The position numbers and the translations under genes are program-made. Below, one piece after another: positions 22,628 to 35,329 of a DNA stretch of 50,699 bases. The notes below the pieces were generated by a model. It ran no database searches. It was given only the letters and a program-made list of their open reading frames with translations, and had not been told where the DNA came from. The DNA lies in contig JALAGF010006411.1 in assembly GCA_030167865.1 (NCBI GenBank), positions 1 to 50,699 on the forward strand, given 5' to 3'. How positions within the stretch are numbered: the stretch's first letter is position 1; each line of letters begins with the position of its first letter. The DNA is from Craspedostauros australis (taxonomy: Eukaryota).

Positions 22628-23131
22628 TCACTCGAAAGTGCAAATGCCCAGACCTTGGATTGGCTGGCAGGTGGCATCGCCGCACTGTCCACCGCCGGAT
22701 GCGCCACGCAGCTGGGCGTCGGTGGCATCGGGATCGCAGATCAGGACGCAGTACGTGTCACCCGTCTGCGCGTTCTCGAGGGCGCAGGTGGGCGTGGCCG
22801 TGACTCCATCTGGCACGTCCGTGGGACATGGAACGAGGTCGCTGCACTTGGGCGAACAGACTTCACCTGGGACGCCGTTGATTCGGAATGATTCCTCGTC
22901 CTTTTCGCATTGCGGTGGTGGGCCGTAGTGCTTCAGCACGCTTCCGAAGATCTCTGCGCGGGAGCGGAGGGTGAGGGTCTTGGGGGTCTCGGAGTCATCC
23001 GCTGTGGCGTATTGTGGCATGGAGAATCTCGCGGTACGGGCCAGGAGCTGGGCGTCGTTGCTGCTGTCGAGTGAGCTGTCCTCAGCGCTGACAACCGAGA
23101 GGAGAAGAGCGAGAGTGACGATGATACGCAT
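22628..23131 (-). CDS. Small secreted cysteine-rich protein (167 aa)
   Basis: Signal peptide MRIIVTLALLLSVVSA, then a 10-Cys domain HYGPPPQC...C-SPKC...CPTDVPDGVTATPTC...CVLIC...C...C...GICTF. Confidence 0.85.
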   Translation of the reverse strand: MRIIVTLALLLSVVSAEDSSLDSSNDAQLLARTARFSMPQYATADDSETPKTLTLRSRAEIFGSVLKHYGPPPQCEKDEESFRINGVPGEVCSPKCSDLVPCPTDVPDGVTATPTCALENAQTGDTYCVLICDPDATDAQLRGASGGGQCGDATCQPIQGLGICTFE

Positions 23132-23819
23132 GGTTGATCAGTGGGTGGCTTGGTGTTTTGCTTTGCTTTGGTGGTTTGGTGATTATTCTCTGTGATGCTT
23201 CTGCAACGCTTTCGTTTTTATGAAGCTGAGGAGGCATCACAGAATCAGAACAGAACACCTTTCAGACTGATCCCCAACAGGCAATAAATCCACGACATCA
23301 CAAGAGATCTCCACATCATCTCATGGCAGCGTGGAAGCACACGGCAACAGCGATGCTCCCCTCTACCCTTTCCGAGCTCCACGCGCATGCTCTCGCGGCC
23401 AGAACTTCGCGCGCGTGGAGATCTTCTTCGATGCGGATTTTGGAATCGTGGAAAATGATGATGTCAACGAAAGAAAAGATACGCTTTGACTCGTTGGACC
23501 AATTGTACAATTTCAAAGAGAATCGTGATGGTCGGGACATGGGCAGACGATACTTCTGATTTTTTATTTGGTCTTCTTCACGGCATCGGCACAAGGATGC
23601 ACCATGCATTCCTCCTGCTTGTTGGTAGGCCATACTGCCTGAGAGGCGGCTTGTAGCGTCGGCATGTCGTTAAGATGACGCACGTCAGATCGGAATAACC
23701 AAGGAAGAGTCGGCAGGAAAACGACCGCACGATCTTCGAGAATGAATACCTCCCGCCATCAATCAATCAGCCAATTGCTCTATTCACTCATTCAATCAAT
23801 CAATCAATCAATCAATCGA

Positions 23820-24788
23820 TCACCACCATTGCGACAGCCCCAAGTTGTACCAACCGCTGGGGTACGAGAAATCACCGTACTCTGCAATCAGCTGCTCTCC
23901 AGGAACGATATCCTTCGTCGCCGTGGCGGAAAGATGAGCGTTCGGCGCAAACTCAAGACCCGTGTTGGCCTCGCCTTCGCGCAACGCCTGATTGACGAAC
24001 GACCCGGCATCGAGATCCGTGCATGCCTGCACGCCGGAATCCAGCTGGATGACGTACGACCATATCAGAACGTCGCAGGAGAGCTGTCTCGGCAATGTGA
24101 GAAGAAAATTGCGGAACTGCCAACCCTGCGTGAATCGAGCGGTGTATTTGTTCCGCCAGATCGGCGTGCCTTGGGCGATGAATTGTTGCGCAAAGACGCC
24201 GCGTCCCATGAAGGGATGGTGCCCGACGTAGACAGGGACGGACCATCCGCTGCCGTACAGATCATCATTCGGCAATGTGGAATTGGATGGGCCAACGATG
24301 GCATTGTACACGCTTCTCATGAACACCCATGTTGCGTCGTCATGAATCGGGCTGGCAGTGTGGTGGAAATCGGAGCACTTGAGATCCTGATGAAAGTCGA
24401 CGAGGAAGCCCGCGTTCGTATTGGTCTTGTAGCCTCGTCTTTGGATTACTCTGGGATTCTGCTCATTCTGGTCGGCTTCGAAGAACGAGTCTCCATCGTG
24501 GTCATCTTGATCATCTTCTTCATTTTCATATTCATTGTCATATTCATCCTCGTCGTCGGCTTCTTCATCATCGTCCAATTCAGTGTCTTGCTGAGCTATC
24601 TTGGCGCTTGTCGACTCCGGTATCCGCGCTTCCTTGTGGAATTCTGTGTCGACGGTGTTGTCTGGAGCAGCCGAAGCATCGGCATCCAATGACGATGCGC
24701 CCGATTCACGGCTGGCTGATACTCGTATGATGCATGCGAGGAGAAGGAATACATTCTGCAGGATCGTCTTCGTTCTCATCATTCTCAT
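23820..24788 (-). CDS. SET-domain protein lysine methyltransferase-like protein with N-terminal signal peptide (322 aa)
   Basis: SET motifs GRGVFAQQFIAQGTPIW, GSFVNQ and ATKDIVPGEQLIAEY. Hydrophobic N-terminus (VFLLLACIIRVSA) followed by an acidic linker. Confidence 0.82.
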   Translation of the reverse strand: MRMMRTKTILQNVFLLLACIIRVSASRESGASSLDADASAAPDNTVDTEFHKEARIPESTSAKIAQQDTELDDDEEADDEDEYDNEYENEEDDQDDHDGDSFFEADQNEQNPRVIQRRGYKTNTNAGFLVDFHQDLKCSDFHHTASPIHDDATWVFMRSVYNAIVGPSNSTLPNDDLYGSGWSVPVYVGHHPFMGRGVFAQQFIAQGTPIWRNKYTARFTQGWQFRNFLLTLPRQLSCDVLIWSYVIQLDSGVQACTDLDAGSFVNQALREGEANTGLEFAPNAHLSATATKDIVPGEQLIAEYGDFSYPSGWYNLGLSQWW

Positions 24789-25056
24789 GTCTTTGCCATG
24801 GATCTGGATTCAGGGAGGAGCGAACGTCGATGGTGGCAGTGACAGCGTGTGCCAAGCTTGATGAATGCAATGAGTGCGGGGCGCGCTGTCTGGTTTGTTT
24901 TTGTGCGTTGCGGATCATTTTTTGAAGCTGTTTTTGAAGCTAGCAAAAATACGCCAATAGCTGCTTCTGAAATCGGCAGTTGTATTTTTACAATGAGCTA
25001 GGAAATGAAGTCTACGAGGAGAGTAGACAAGCAGGAGAGCATTCTTCAAGACTGCT

Positions 25057-28000
25057 CTACTTTGGACTCCACATTCCCAATCTGTGCAAAGTGAGACGAA
25101 GGCAAGATCAGAAGAACACAAAGCAGAGACGATTAGGTGAGAAGGGCGGTGCCATGGGCATGGAATTGGATACAAGGCGAAGCATGGCATCGCAACGCAT
25201 GCCACCAACAGAATGCAGGCCGCTTGTGGGAGGCTTTCACGCACCTTGTTTCGAACTGGAGTCGCCGCAGCTTCTCATCACGCGTGTGGTACTTCTGTTC
25301 CATCCTCTTGAACATTTCATCCCATGCAACGCATAATGGTGGCGTGATGATACAGAGGATGTAGTAGTAGAACGGCAACGCTCCCGCAGTTCCATCCCCT
25401 GTGGCAAACACCATGTACAGGACTGTGGTTGTGAAGCAGCATGCAACGCCGACAGTCCAAGCACGGTTGTTCTGCCATGGACGTTCATCCGTAATGCGAT
25501 GCAGGCGATGGACGAAGGCCGCGGAGGACGCGATATTGCACAGCATGAAATGGCCAAACGCAAGCACGCTGGCATTCACGCGCGCTTGTCCTGTGTATCC
25601 GCGAAGGTCTCGGCAACGGATCACTGATGTCCAGTTGTTGCCATCTGCGCAGGATGCACCGCCGTCAGGCCCGTCCATGGAGATAACCAACTCGCCGAAC
25701 GCGATGAGGTACAGCAGCTGCGCAAGGACGGCCGGAAGCACGGACTTCAGCAAGATGGTTTGATACAACACCTTGCCTTCACGCTTGCCGAATGCGATGG
25801 ACTGATCATTCTTCGGTGGAACTCGATTCATGCACCGGCGATCCGAATCGGACATGACCATGGCAAGGCTCAGTATCGGGACGACGACCTGCAGGTACAG
25901 GACCGCCCCAACGGATGGGATGTACGGTATGGCGACGGACACCGAGCACGCCGAGAACAGCGCGTACAGCGAGAAACTGAGGCTGGCGGTCACCATGAAT
26001 ATGGCGCCTGATGTGGCAGCCTCGAGCGCCGTGCGACCTTGAGCGATGATGGATGGGATGAACGCCGTGGCTTCCACCCCGCGCACGTGAAATGCGCACC
26101 ACAGTGCCGATATTCGTGACGCAAAAGACACTTCCGCTGGCAACACTGCGTTGCAATTCAGCATATCTGGTGCCGACAGCGGCACTTGCACGGTCAAGCC
26201 ATCCACGCCGATGGCGATGTCCGAAGTTGCGAAGATGTGCGAATTTCGTGGCAGATGGGACAGTCCATACGTCACCACCGTATCATCGTATTCCTGGAAC
26301 ACCTCGACCTATTCGAGACAGACACATTGCGGGTACGAGCACGAGTACAAGTACGAGTAGCGATGGAAGTAGTAATTCGAGTATGCAAGTGAGCGAGTCC
26401 GTGCAAATGGGTGAGTGAGTGAGTGAGTGTACATACACGCGTAAACGTGTATGGATGGTACACCGGTATGGCTTGTCGCACTTACCATCTCCTTGGTCGT
26501 TTCCTTCGTAGCATCTGTGAACAGGCTCACCAGCAGCGGAACGTTGTCGACCTCCTCCAAATGCCTGCGCACGCTCTCCACTCCGTGCGGTAAACGAGCA
26601 TTGACATTCCAATCGGCGTAGTTCGATTTCATGCGATACGGATCATCTTCACCGTCCACCAATGGTCGCAGTGAGATGGCGCAGTTCCAGGCAACGTCGA
26701 TTCCCATCTGCGATGCAATTTCCTTCTGCCGACGCATGTTGCGTGGCGAGAAGTAAACGAAACGCACGCCGGAGTTCTGAAATGTGCTCAGCAGCACTTG
26801 GATGTCTTGCCGCGGAACAACTAGCGAGCCAAGAACGCCGAGGAAAATCTGATTGTGCAGCAACGGCCACTCACCCGTCGAAGACTTGTCCTTCAGATTT
26901 GGCAATATCGGGTCCCCGGGCTCGTTGTCGAGCAGATAATGCTGTGCGGAGACCAAGGAATCGTCACAGGCGTTACAGCCAACACCAACGTCAGCGTTAG
27001 TCGCAGTATTTGCATTCACAAAAACATCAGCAAGAGAGTGGCCATGTTGGATTGAGCAGCAGATCAGCAGACACATTCATCATGGTACCTCAACAGACCA
27101 TCGACGGCTTACATCTCATCCGAACAGCACACTTACCGTGAACTTCTCGCCTTGTTTGCACCGCTTCTCGAAGGTGTACGGAACGGGACAAAAGCTGAAC
27201 GCGGCCACGCTGCGATCGCCGAGCTTCCAATCATCAGTCGTCCCCAGGATGGTGTCGCGATCTTCCTGACCCAGAGGACTCACGGTGGAGCTCTCACCTT
27301 GCCACGCCTCCTGACATAGTCGCGTCACCACTTGCGGATCGCCGACGGTCACGATTTGGTATCCACCGGAGCGGCTGTCCTCCACGATGACGGACGTGCA
27401 ATCGGGGCGCAGCAATCCCCACCACTGCGATTCCTCCGAGCTGCGCTCGTGCAGATCCATCTCCTCGCGTCGCTTGGCCAAGGTATTGGAAATCACGTGG
27501 ATTCGGAAGTGCTCGGTGAAGGTGCTGATGTCGCCCTTTGGTCCTGATGTGCTGGGTTCCGTTGAGAACCCGATGCATCGTGCCAGCACATCGAGCTGGC
27601 TGTTGTACTGCTCTTTGCAGATCAGGTTGGCCAGAGCCCGCTTGCATTTGTCTACGTCATGTGAGTAATCGTGGTTGGAGGTTGGAGCTGCTGCTGTTGA
27701 AGTATCTGTCGGTTGTGTGACTGCAGTCGATGGATCGCTGTCATCGACCAGCAGGCATGCCAGTCCAATGCATTTCAACGATGGTAGGTGCTTCCACCAC
27801 GATGGTTCCTCGAATTGCACTTCCGGCACGGCAACCTCATTCTGTAGCGTGGATCGCATCGCCGTCTTGTACCTTTGCTGCTTCTGCTTGTTGCGGTTCC
27901 GGCCGATGCCGCTGTGATGATAGCCAAACGTCTCGGACAAGTCGGAGTCCGAATCCATTCCGTCGTCTGCGGCATGGTCAGACATTATTCTGCGGTGCGA

Positions 28001-29826
28001 TCTCGTGAGATGTGATTTGCCTTCCGATGACACGCTGTCGTCTCCACCATCGTGCGGGTTGTTCGTGCTGTGGGTAGGATGGTGGTCATCATCTTCGTAC
28101 GCTGGGCAGATATCCAACAGCTTGAGTCCATTCCACGCAGGGATCAGCAGCTGCTGCGGTATGGCATGCGGTTCGCAGGCCAGTTCATCATCGATGAGGG
28201 TGAAGGCTGTCGCCACACCGAGCTTTTCGAAGATGTACATGGAGGCCGACGGGACATGGAACTCGTCGCGATCGCCAAATCCTCGACTCCATTGGTCATG
28301 TTGATCGTTGCTGGTTTGGAGAGACGACTCTGGAATGATGGCGTTGATCATCTTGGCGACAGCATGCAGCGACAGACGGTCCACCAGCACGGCGATGAGG
28401 TACTTCAGCAACACGACGCGTGGCTTCTGCAGCGCATCGTGATTGTCCTCGCACGTCCTGCATGAGACTGCATGGTACGGCACCAATATCCTTGCAGTTC
28501 CGAGGATCTCCATGCAGATCAAACACGCCGGACTCATCAACGGCAGCAGCCCAAGCGCGGCAAGGAATGCAAGCGGCAGGACGAAGACGAGATCGCCGTC
28601 GTTGTAGTCCAACCGTGTAAAGATGAGAAGGAGGATGCAGACAAAGAGGCATACTGCGACTCCTGTTGCGACGACCCGCATCGCATTCAACTGGCGATGG
28701 ACCTGTGGGCTCTTTTGGGGGACTGTCGAATGCAGTGCAATGCAATGTGATATGATGCAATGTGTAATGCGTTGTAAAGGACACAATTCATTCATACGTG
28801 CGAGGATGAAAGGGTCAGTAGTTGTTGCGGATGCTGTTGCAATTGAGCGAAGTAAGAGATGAAGCGCTAAACTTGCACAACCGTCAAGGATTGGGGACAC
28901 CACAGCAATCTATGATAATATCACGCAATTGAATCCAGCACATAGAGTCCTAACTGCACGCACGTACCTTGCTCTTCCCGCAAGAAATCATCCAACGGCG
29001 TTTCCAAGACCACAAAGAGCCGCATATTGCGGCACAACGTGAGCAGCTGATCCGATTGCTCGGGGATCGTCGTCCTTCCAATCGGCAGCTTCGATGCTTG
29101 CGTTGCGCCCTCCATAGTATCCGGCGCAATGCGTTCTCCACGACACATGATACGTTGACTTGTCGTATCATCATCGCTCGTTGCGATCAACCGACACCGC
29201 GCCGGCGCCAAGTCCCCAATCTGCAACGCAATGTGATCACCTTGCGTCAGCAGCAGCGTCGGAATCTTGCTCCACGAGCCACGTCTGTCATCCTTGAGGC
29301 GGTAGACTGCATAGAAATCGGTCAGCGATGTGCCTTGCAGGATGACGTTGTCCTGTGTCACGTCGCCATGGCAGGACTGCGTCTGCTTGTCCATCATCTT
29401 GAGGAATCGCGACACTTCCTGCAGCTTGCTGTAGTTGGTGCCCGTCGACGACGACACGCGGCGGCGTCGGATGAGGAAGACCGTCAGCATCGATCCTGCA
29501 AACAACAGAGCCGATCCCACCATCTCCGACAACACAGCCGTGCGGCATGGATCGCCAAATAGAGAAGAAGAAGGAGATTGAAAGAAGTGAACGGCCATGA
29601 TGACGCAGAGACAGAGCGACAAGCCGCACGATCCCACGTACAGATCAATGTCGTTGTTCAAAATGAGGGACGTCCAAAGCTGGCACTGTGCTGCGAATCG
29701 CCCGCTGGTTGCGTCCACCGTCAATGGCTGCGACGACTTCTCTCGCACGTTGACGTCTGCTTGGTACTGCTCGAGAACATCGCGCAGACGGGATCGAGCC
29801 TCGTGCCAGGAAAGTGGTCGTGTCAT
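25057..29826 (-). CDS. TMEM94: TMEM94 homolog (P-type-ATPase-like multi-pass membrane protein), ~1329 aa; exons 29826-28968, 28722-27137, 26941-26486, 26308-25245 and 25081-25057
   Basis: TMEM94-type motifs: RFVYFS...MGIDVAWNCAISL, ARLPHG...HLEEVDNVPLLVSLFTD, FQEY...SDIAIG, and C-terminal LQFETRLGMWSPK reconstructed across a 25-nt last exon. Four GT-AG introns are phase-compatible (CDS total 3990 nt). The start codon is less certain. Confidence 0.87.
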
Positions 29827-30315
29827 TTGGAATGTGAGCAGTGTCAGCGTTTGGCTTCTGATTGCGCCTTTGCTTGTGGTGGCAGACAAGTGCACGCTTG
29901 AATGCTATGGAAGATGGTGACGGTGGTGGTGGTGTTGGATCTATCGTTGCAATCAATAGGATGCATTAACACTCTCTTGCATTGTATAGTAGATTATAGT
30001 ATAGTATTATATGTGGTATTGACAATGGAACACAATGAATGAGATGATGACAAGCAGAGATCAAGAGGTGGCGCCATTGTCGGCGGGTGTTTTGTGTTGG
30101 TTGGAAATCTCACGAAATCCAGATCTTGCGTAGCCTACAGAAGATATCTAGAAGTCAGACTGCTTGGCTGTTGTGGTGTCGTCGGTTGGATGCTCAATTT
30201 GTCCTCTGGTCATGCAGGAACATCCACGCCATAGATCGCACTCCAGCTTCCTTCCTTCCTTCCTTCCTTCCAACCACCACATGCCCCTACTAATCCATGA
30301 TGAATTCATTTCAAA

Positions 30316-31080
30316 TCAATTCAGATCCTTCACGTTCAACTCGCTGGCCAAGGCCTCTTCCAACGGAATGCCGACAGTCCCGTACTTCCCATCTCCATCC
30401 GTCATCGGCATCAGATGCGGGAACTCTTCGCGTATCGTTTCCATGACCTTGACATGCAGAATGCGATTGCCGCTATCGCTGAGATGAACGCCATCGCGCA
30501 GGTACGAGCGGAATCGCAAAGGGTCGTCGGTGGGACCATCGAGGATGTCGAACAGATCGACGACGCAGCAGCAATCGAGCTGCGATGCCACCTTCTTGAC
30601 ACGCGCACCGTACATGCCAGATTCCTCGTTGAAACGATCGGCGGGATCGTTGAATGGCTTGCATCGTTGCTCGAACCACGTCTCAGTATCGACGGGCGGC
30701 GGCGTGATCATTACGATGGGCAGCTCCGCGTCGTCGCCACGCACCTCTGCGACGATCTGCCGCAAATTGCCTTCGAATTCATCCAACGGCACGTACTGCG
30801 GATCATCGACGGGGGCCGCATCGTTGGCGCCCAGCAGGATGGTGGCGAACAGGATGTCTTGTCGTGACGATGTGCTGTCCAGGATGTTGGGCAGCACGCT
30901 CAGCATGTTGCGCGTGTTGTATCCCACGAAGCCGCGGTTCAGTACATCGGCACGGCGCGAGTAATCGCTGGCCAGCAACGACGCCCAGCCTGCGTCGCCT
31001 TGCCAACCGAAGCCTTGTTCCGTCATCGAGTCGCCGAGCAGCAGGATGATGGGGCGCAGCCGCATGGGGATGGTGATCAT
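30316..31080 (-). CDS. IAH1: SGNH/GDSL hydrolase, isoamyl acetate-hydrolyzing esterase 1-like (~254 aa)
   Basis: Blocks LLGDSMT, RRADVLNRGFVGYNTR, LGANDA, ITPPP and DGVH. Confidence 0.9.
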   Translation of the reverse strand: MITIPMRLRPIILLLGDSMTEQGFGWQGDAGWASLLASDYSRRADVLNRGFVGYNTRNMLSVLPNILDSTSSRQDILFATILLGANDAAPVDDPQYVPLDEFEGNLRQIVAEVRGDDAELPIVMITPPPVDTETWFEQRCKPFNDPADRFNEESGMYGARVKKVASQLDCCCVVDLFDILDGPTDDPLRFRSYLRDGVHLSDSGNRILHVKVMETIREEFPHLMPMTDGDGKYGTVGIPLEEALASELNVKDLN

Positions 31081-31450
31081 GGCGTCGTCGTGTATATCGC
31101 GTTGTATCGCGTTGTGTGGTATGGTGTGGCACAATCTGAGTATGTGGATGCTGCGATGATGGCTTTACTTGATGAGCTCTTCTTGGCGCGCGAGTTTTGT
31201 CACGCCGATTCGCGCCAACCAAAAGATACGACCACGTTTGCGGGTGCACGTTTGGACGCAATCACACGCAAACGCTCACACAGATGAACAACAACGAACG
31301 CAATCAGCTCCGACACATTAGTTCACACGCAACCGCCTTCCTCTCATACTCCGCAACACACTCTGCATTTTATTGTTTCTTCATTTCTTGCTTGCTAGGA
31401 TTTTGTTTGGGTTATTTGCCGTTTGCTTTCTTGTTCGTTCGCTGCGTTGT

Positions 31451-34400
31451 CTAGGAGCGTCTGGTGCCGCCATCTCTGTCGTTGTTGTTATTGTTGTAAC
31501 CGCGTCCGCCGCCACGTCCTCGGCCACGACCGCCATAACCTCCACGGCCACCTCCGCTATAGCCTCCACCTCCGCCATAACCTCCACGACCACCTCCGCT
31601 GTAGCCTCCACCTCCGCCATAACCTCCACGGCCGCCTCCGCTATTGCCTCCACGACCACCATAGCCTCCGCGACCGCGTCCACCACCTCTTCCGCCTCGT
31701 CCACGTCCACCGCCGCGTCCACCACCTCTGCCGCCGCCGCGGCCTCCGAATCGTCCCCGGCCGCCACCACGGCCACGTCCACGCCCGCGGCCACCGCCGT
31801 CCTTCCAGTCTTCGCGGTATCCATGGTTGCCGCTCTCGGCATCCATCAAGCGTTCGTTGGCATCGGTGAGGTGGGACACTCTGTCGGCGTATCGCAGCGA
31901 CCTGATCTGCAGGAGCGATGGTCGAACATTTTTCAGCACGCAGGTTTCTGTTGGCTGATCCCACGTGGCGGAGACCTCGCGGTTGATGATCATCTTGGAG
32001 ATGACGCAATGGATCTCGTTCTTCGACATTTCGAACATGCCGCAGAGCTGGGCCAGAGACAGGGATTCGTACTGTCCAGAGAAGGCGAACATGTAGGTGC
32101 GCAGACCTTCCAGCTTGATCTTTTCGGTGAGCATGACCTGGAGATCCTTGCGAGCATTCTCGCCTGGCAGCAGCCTCCACACCTTAAGGTTGGTGGTGAG
32201 GTCGACGCACGTCTTCCAATCACCCTTGAACAGCGCCTTGGCGGAACGCATGACGAAGTCACGTGTTTGCTCTGGCGGTCCCGTGAAGACCTGGTGGTTG
32301 TACATGTCGTAGAACTTGCGGAAGGTGCGGGAGATGACGTTCGTTCGTCTCGTGTTGGTCTCGCCAGCAGCCAGGATGGAGGCCATATTGGGGATCTCCA
32401 GCAGCATGGCGCTGATGAGGTGGCACGCCTCGAGCAGATCCAGGTTGATGTGCTGATGGTACGGAATCTGCCGACGCTTCTCGGCCTTCTCCTGCTCCTG
32501 CGTCTTGTCGTGGTATCGCGCCATGCCTTGGGCTAAGGCCTCGCGCACGCGTCCGGCGCAGACCTCGCTGAGGCATTTGTGGGCCTCGTAGATCTTGCCG
32601 TGACGGAATGCGCACATACCGAGGGTCGCCATCATTCTGTTGAAGAGGATCAAGGTCGCGGAATCCTCGGATTGGTAGATCTTATCCTGAAGGTGCGACA
32701 TGAGCAGCAGATCGCGGGCCTCGAGGAAGCGGTCGTGCAGGGCATGGTGGAAGACGCTGCAGATGATGGCCTTCGTCTTGGCGCCTTCCGAACCGTTCTT
32801 GAACATGAACTTGCAAAGGTCGTTGAGCTGCTGCGACAGATCGATCTCGTCGTCTGGCTCTGGCAACACGGGCTTGCCAAGCGCAGCGGCGGGGTGGGAC
32901 ACGGCGAAGTCATCGCTTCCCTTCTCGTTGGTGATGCAGGCAGGGTGCAGAGCCGCGACGGCTCCGAACTGCTTGTTGTACTCGGCTGCCTTATCGACCT
33001 GCTTGGCGATGGTGTCGTGCCTGTAGTACAGATGCTCGATGCGGCGTTCCGCCAAACGTGTTGCCTCGAGGGTGTCACCTTCACGCTCGTAGTAGGCTTG
33101 CATCTTGCCCATGAGCTTGAGGAGTCGCGATTCGTCGAGCAGCTTGGCGACGTAGTCGCCGGAGTGCTGGGAGGCGTTCTGCAGACTCTTCGTGTACTCC
33201 TCCTCCAATCGCGTGACGTGCAAGGAGAGCGATCCGACCACCTTGATCTCCTTCTTTTCCTCGTCGCTCAGTGCCTCCTCCTTCTCCACGCGCAGACGCT
33301 CCGCGCGCTGGTCGGAAGTCTCCGGCTCGCCGGTGTGAGGATTGACAAGCTCCTCCTTCTGCCCCATGGCGGCGATGGCACCATCCGTGCCGATGGCGCT
33401 GGCCTTCATCTTGGCACCCGTTCCGACGAGCATGTCGGCCTCATCGATGGTCTCCATGCCCAGATGGTAGCCTTCGTCGACGAGGACCATGGCGATGCGC
33501 TCGAGGTAGGACGTGCAGGATCTCCAGAGGGCGGAGTCCATGTAGTCATCCATGGTCTTGTTGAGACCGAACTGGGCGCTGATGACGTACATGAGAACGG
33601 GGATCTCAATGCGCGGTCCGAACTGCGTGGACATGCGGTAGATCCCCTCGAGCTGGCGCAGGACCTGGCGGTTGTCGGTTCCCTTGCGTCCGCGCAAAGA
33701 GGCGAGCTCCTTGATCTTGCGCTGGATGACTGCCGCGGTGAGGCCTTCCTCCGGGATGACGGTCTTTGGCGCGCGGATGGCTTCGTGATCGCGCGACACG
33801 GTGGTCTCCTTTTTGATGGCATCGGCCTGCTTGGCACCTTCGGCCTTTGGCTCCTGCTTCTTCTTCTCCTTCTTGGATGGGACGGTGTTCTTCTTCAACC
33901 AGCGGGCGCGTCCCTTGAGCTGAGAGTAGGCACCGGCCTCTTCGTCTGAGCTTGCGGAGTTGTCGGAATCGGAGTCCCAGTTGACGGACTTGTTGTCATC
34001 GTCGTCGTCGCCGTCACTGTCGGAGTCCGAATCGCTGTCGCTGTCGGAATCCTGTGGAAGATGAGAGGATTGGATTGTGAATGGAAAGTGTTCATGTTGG
34101 TGTTGGTGAGGTGCATGATCGGTGTTAGAAATGGAAAAGAGTGTGGGTACGTGCACGAGCACGAGCACAAGGAGGATGGAATAGAAGAGCTTCATGCATG
34201 ATAGCGCAGCATCCATGTTCATCTGTTTGCGCTCGCGAATGCCCGTCCACTCCAGCAAACCAGCTGAGAGGGAGAACGGACACAGAAACAAACAGGATCC
34301 ATCTCTCCTCCTCCTCTCCCTTCGCCTCGCCTCGAGCATGGGACAACCATGGTGCATCATGGCGTTTGCACCGTTTCACTATCACTCAAGTACTGAATTG

Positions 34401-35329
34401 GTACAGCACGAAGTTTGTCTCATTCAAGCAAGAACAACCCGCTGCTCGTGCCGCTTTGACAGCGACACATGGATGAACGTGCGGATCGGCCTGAGATCGG
34501 AAACGAGGAATTCATCTCACGGATTAGGCGAGTGAATTGTCATCCTTGTGATGTGTTGCTCGTCCAGAGGGTGTTGGGGAGATAGATAGATGGAGAGAGA
34601 GGGATACAAACAGACACACGCACACACAGAGGCAGAGAGAAGCACGGTCGACACAACCAACATTGCAGGTGAGAAACTTACGGAATCCTTCTTCTTCTTC
34701 TTGTCATCGTCCGAATCGCTGTCGGAATCCGAGTCAGAGTCGCTGCTGCTACTGCTGCTGGAGTCGCTGTCGGAGTCGTCGCCGGAACCATCATCGTCCT
34801 CCTCATCATCCTCCATGGGGTTCTCGCGGTAGGCCTTCATGACGAGGGTGTAGGGCTTGTTGTACTTCTTGAGCGTGAGCTTCATGCGCTGCAAGGCGCG
34901 GTTCTGGCGCTGCGAGAGCTTCTTGACGGCCGCCTTGTCGGCCAGGTGCACGGGCACGTAGTCCTCGAGGTCCACGAGGATCTTGACGAGGAAGCGCGGG
35001 ATGCCCTCCTGCAGGATCTTCTTGTGCTTCGTCATGGCCTTGGACAGCTCCTCGAACTCCTGCTGGATGGCGTAGTAGTCCGGCGGCGCCTTCATGCCCT
35101 GGCGGATCGTGGCGATGCTCTTGCGGAAGCTGTCCATGGCGCGCTCCTTGCCGGATTTCACGACGCGCACTTCGTCGTCGGATGAGTCGCTGTCGGACAG
35201 CTCGGCCCAGCGGTTGGCGCCGGCGCCGCGGTTGTTGTTGTCGTCCTCGTCGCTGGAGTAGTACGACGACGAGTCATCGGACGATGAGTCGCTGCCGGAC
35301 GACGAGTCTCCTGCCCAGAATCGGCTCAT
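31451..35329 (-). CDS. EIF3C: Eukaryotic translation initiation factor 3 subunit C (~1082 aa); exons 35329-34682 and 34051-31451
   Basis: N-terminus MSRFWA...SDSDSSDDEVRVVKSGKER; motifs RGRKGTD, ARDLLLMSHLQD, RRQIPYHQHINLDLLE, FTGPPE and the PCI domain. Phase-0 intron 34681-34052 (TCC|GTAAGT ... CACAG|GAT). Confidence 0.95.
31530..31655 (-). repeat. Three near-identical 42-bp tandem repeats encoding part of the RGG/YGG tail of eIF3c
   Basis: Unit ccgccataacctccacggccacctccgctatagcctccacct starts at 31530, 31572 and 31614. Confidence 0.85.

Noticed and set aside
31373..33949. Long plus-strand ORFs (387 and 456 aa)
   Set aside because: Antisense shadows of GC3-rich eIF3c and its repeat tail.
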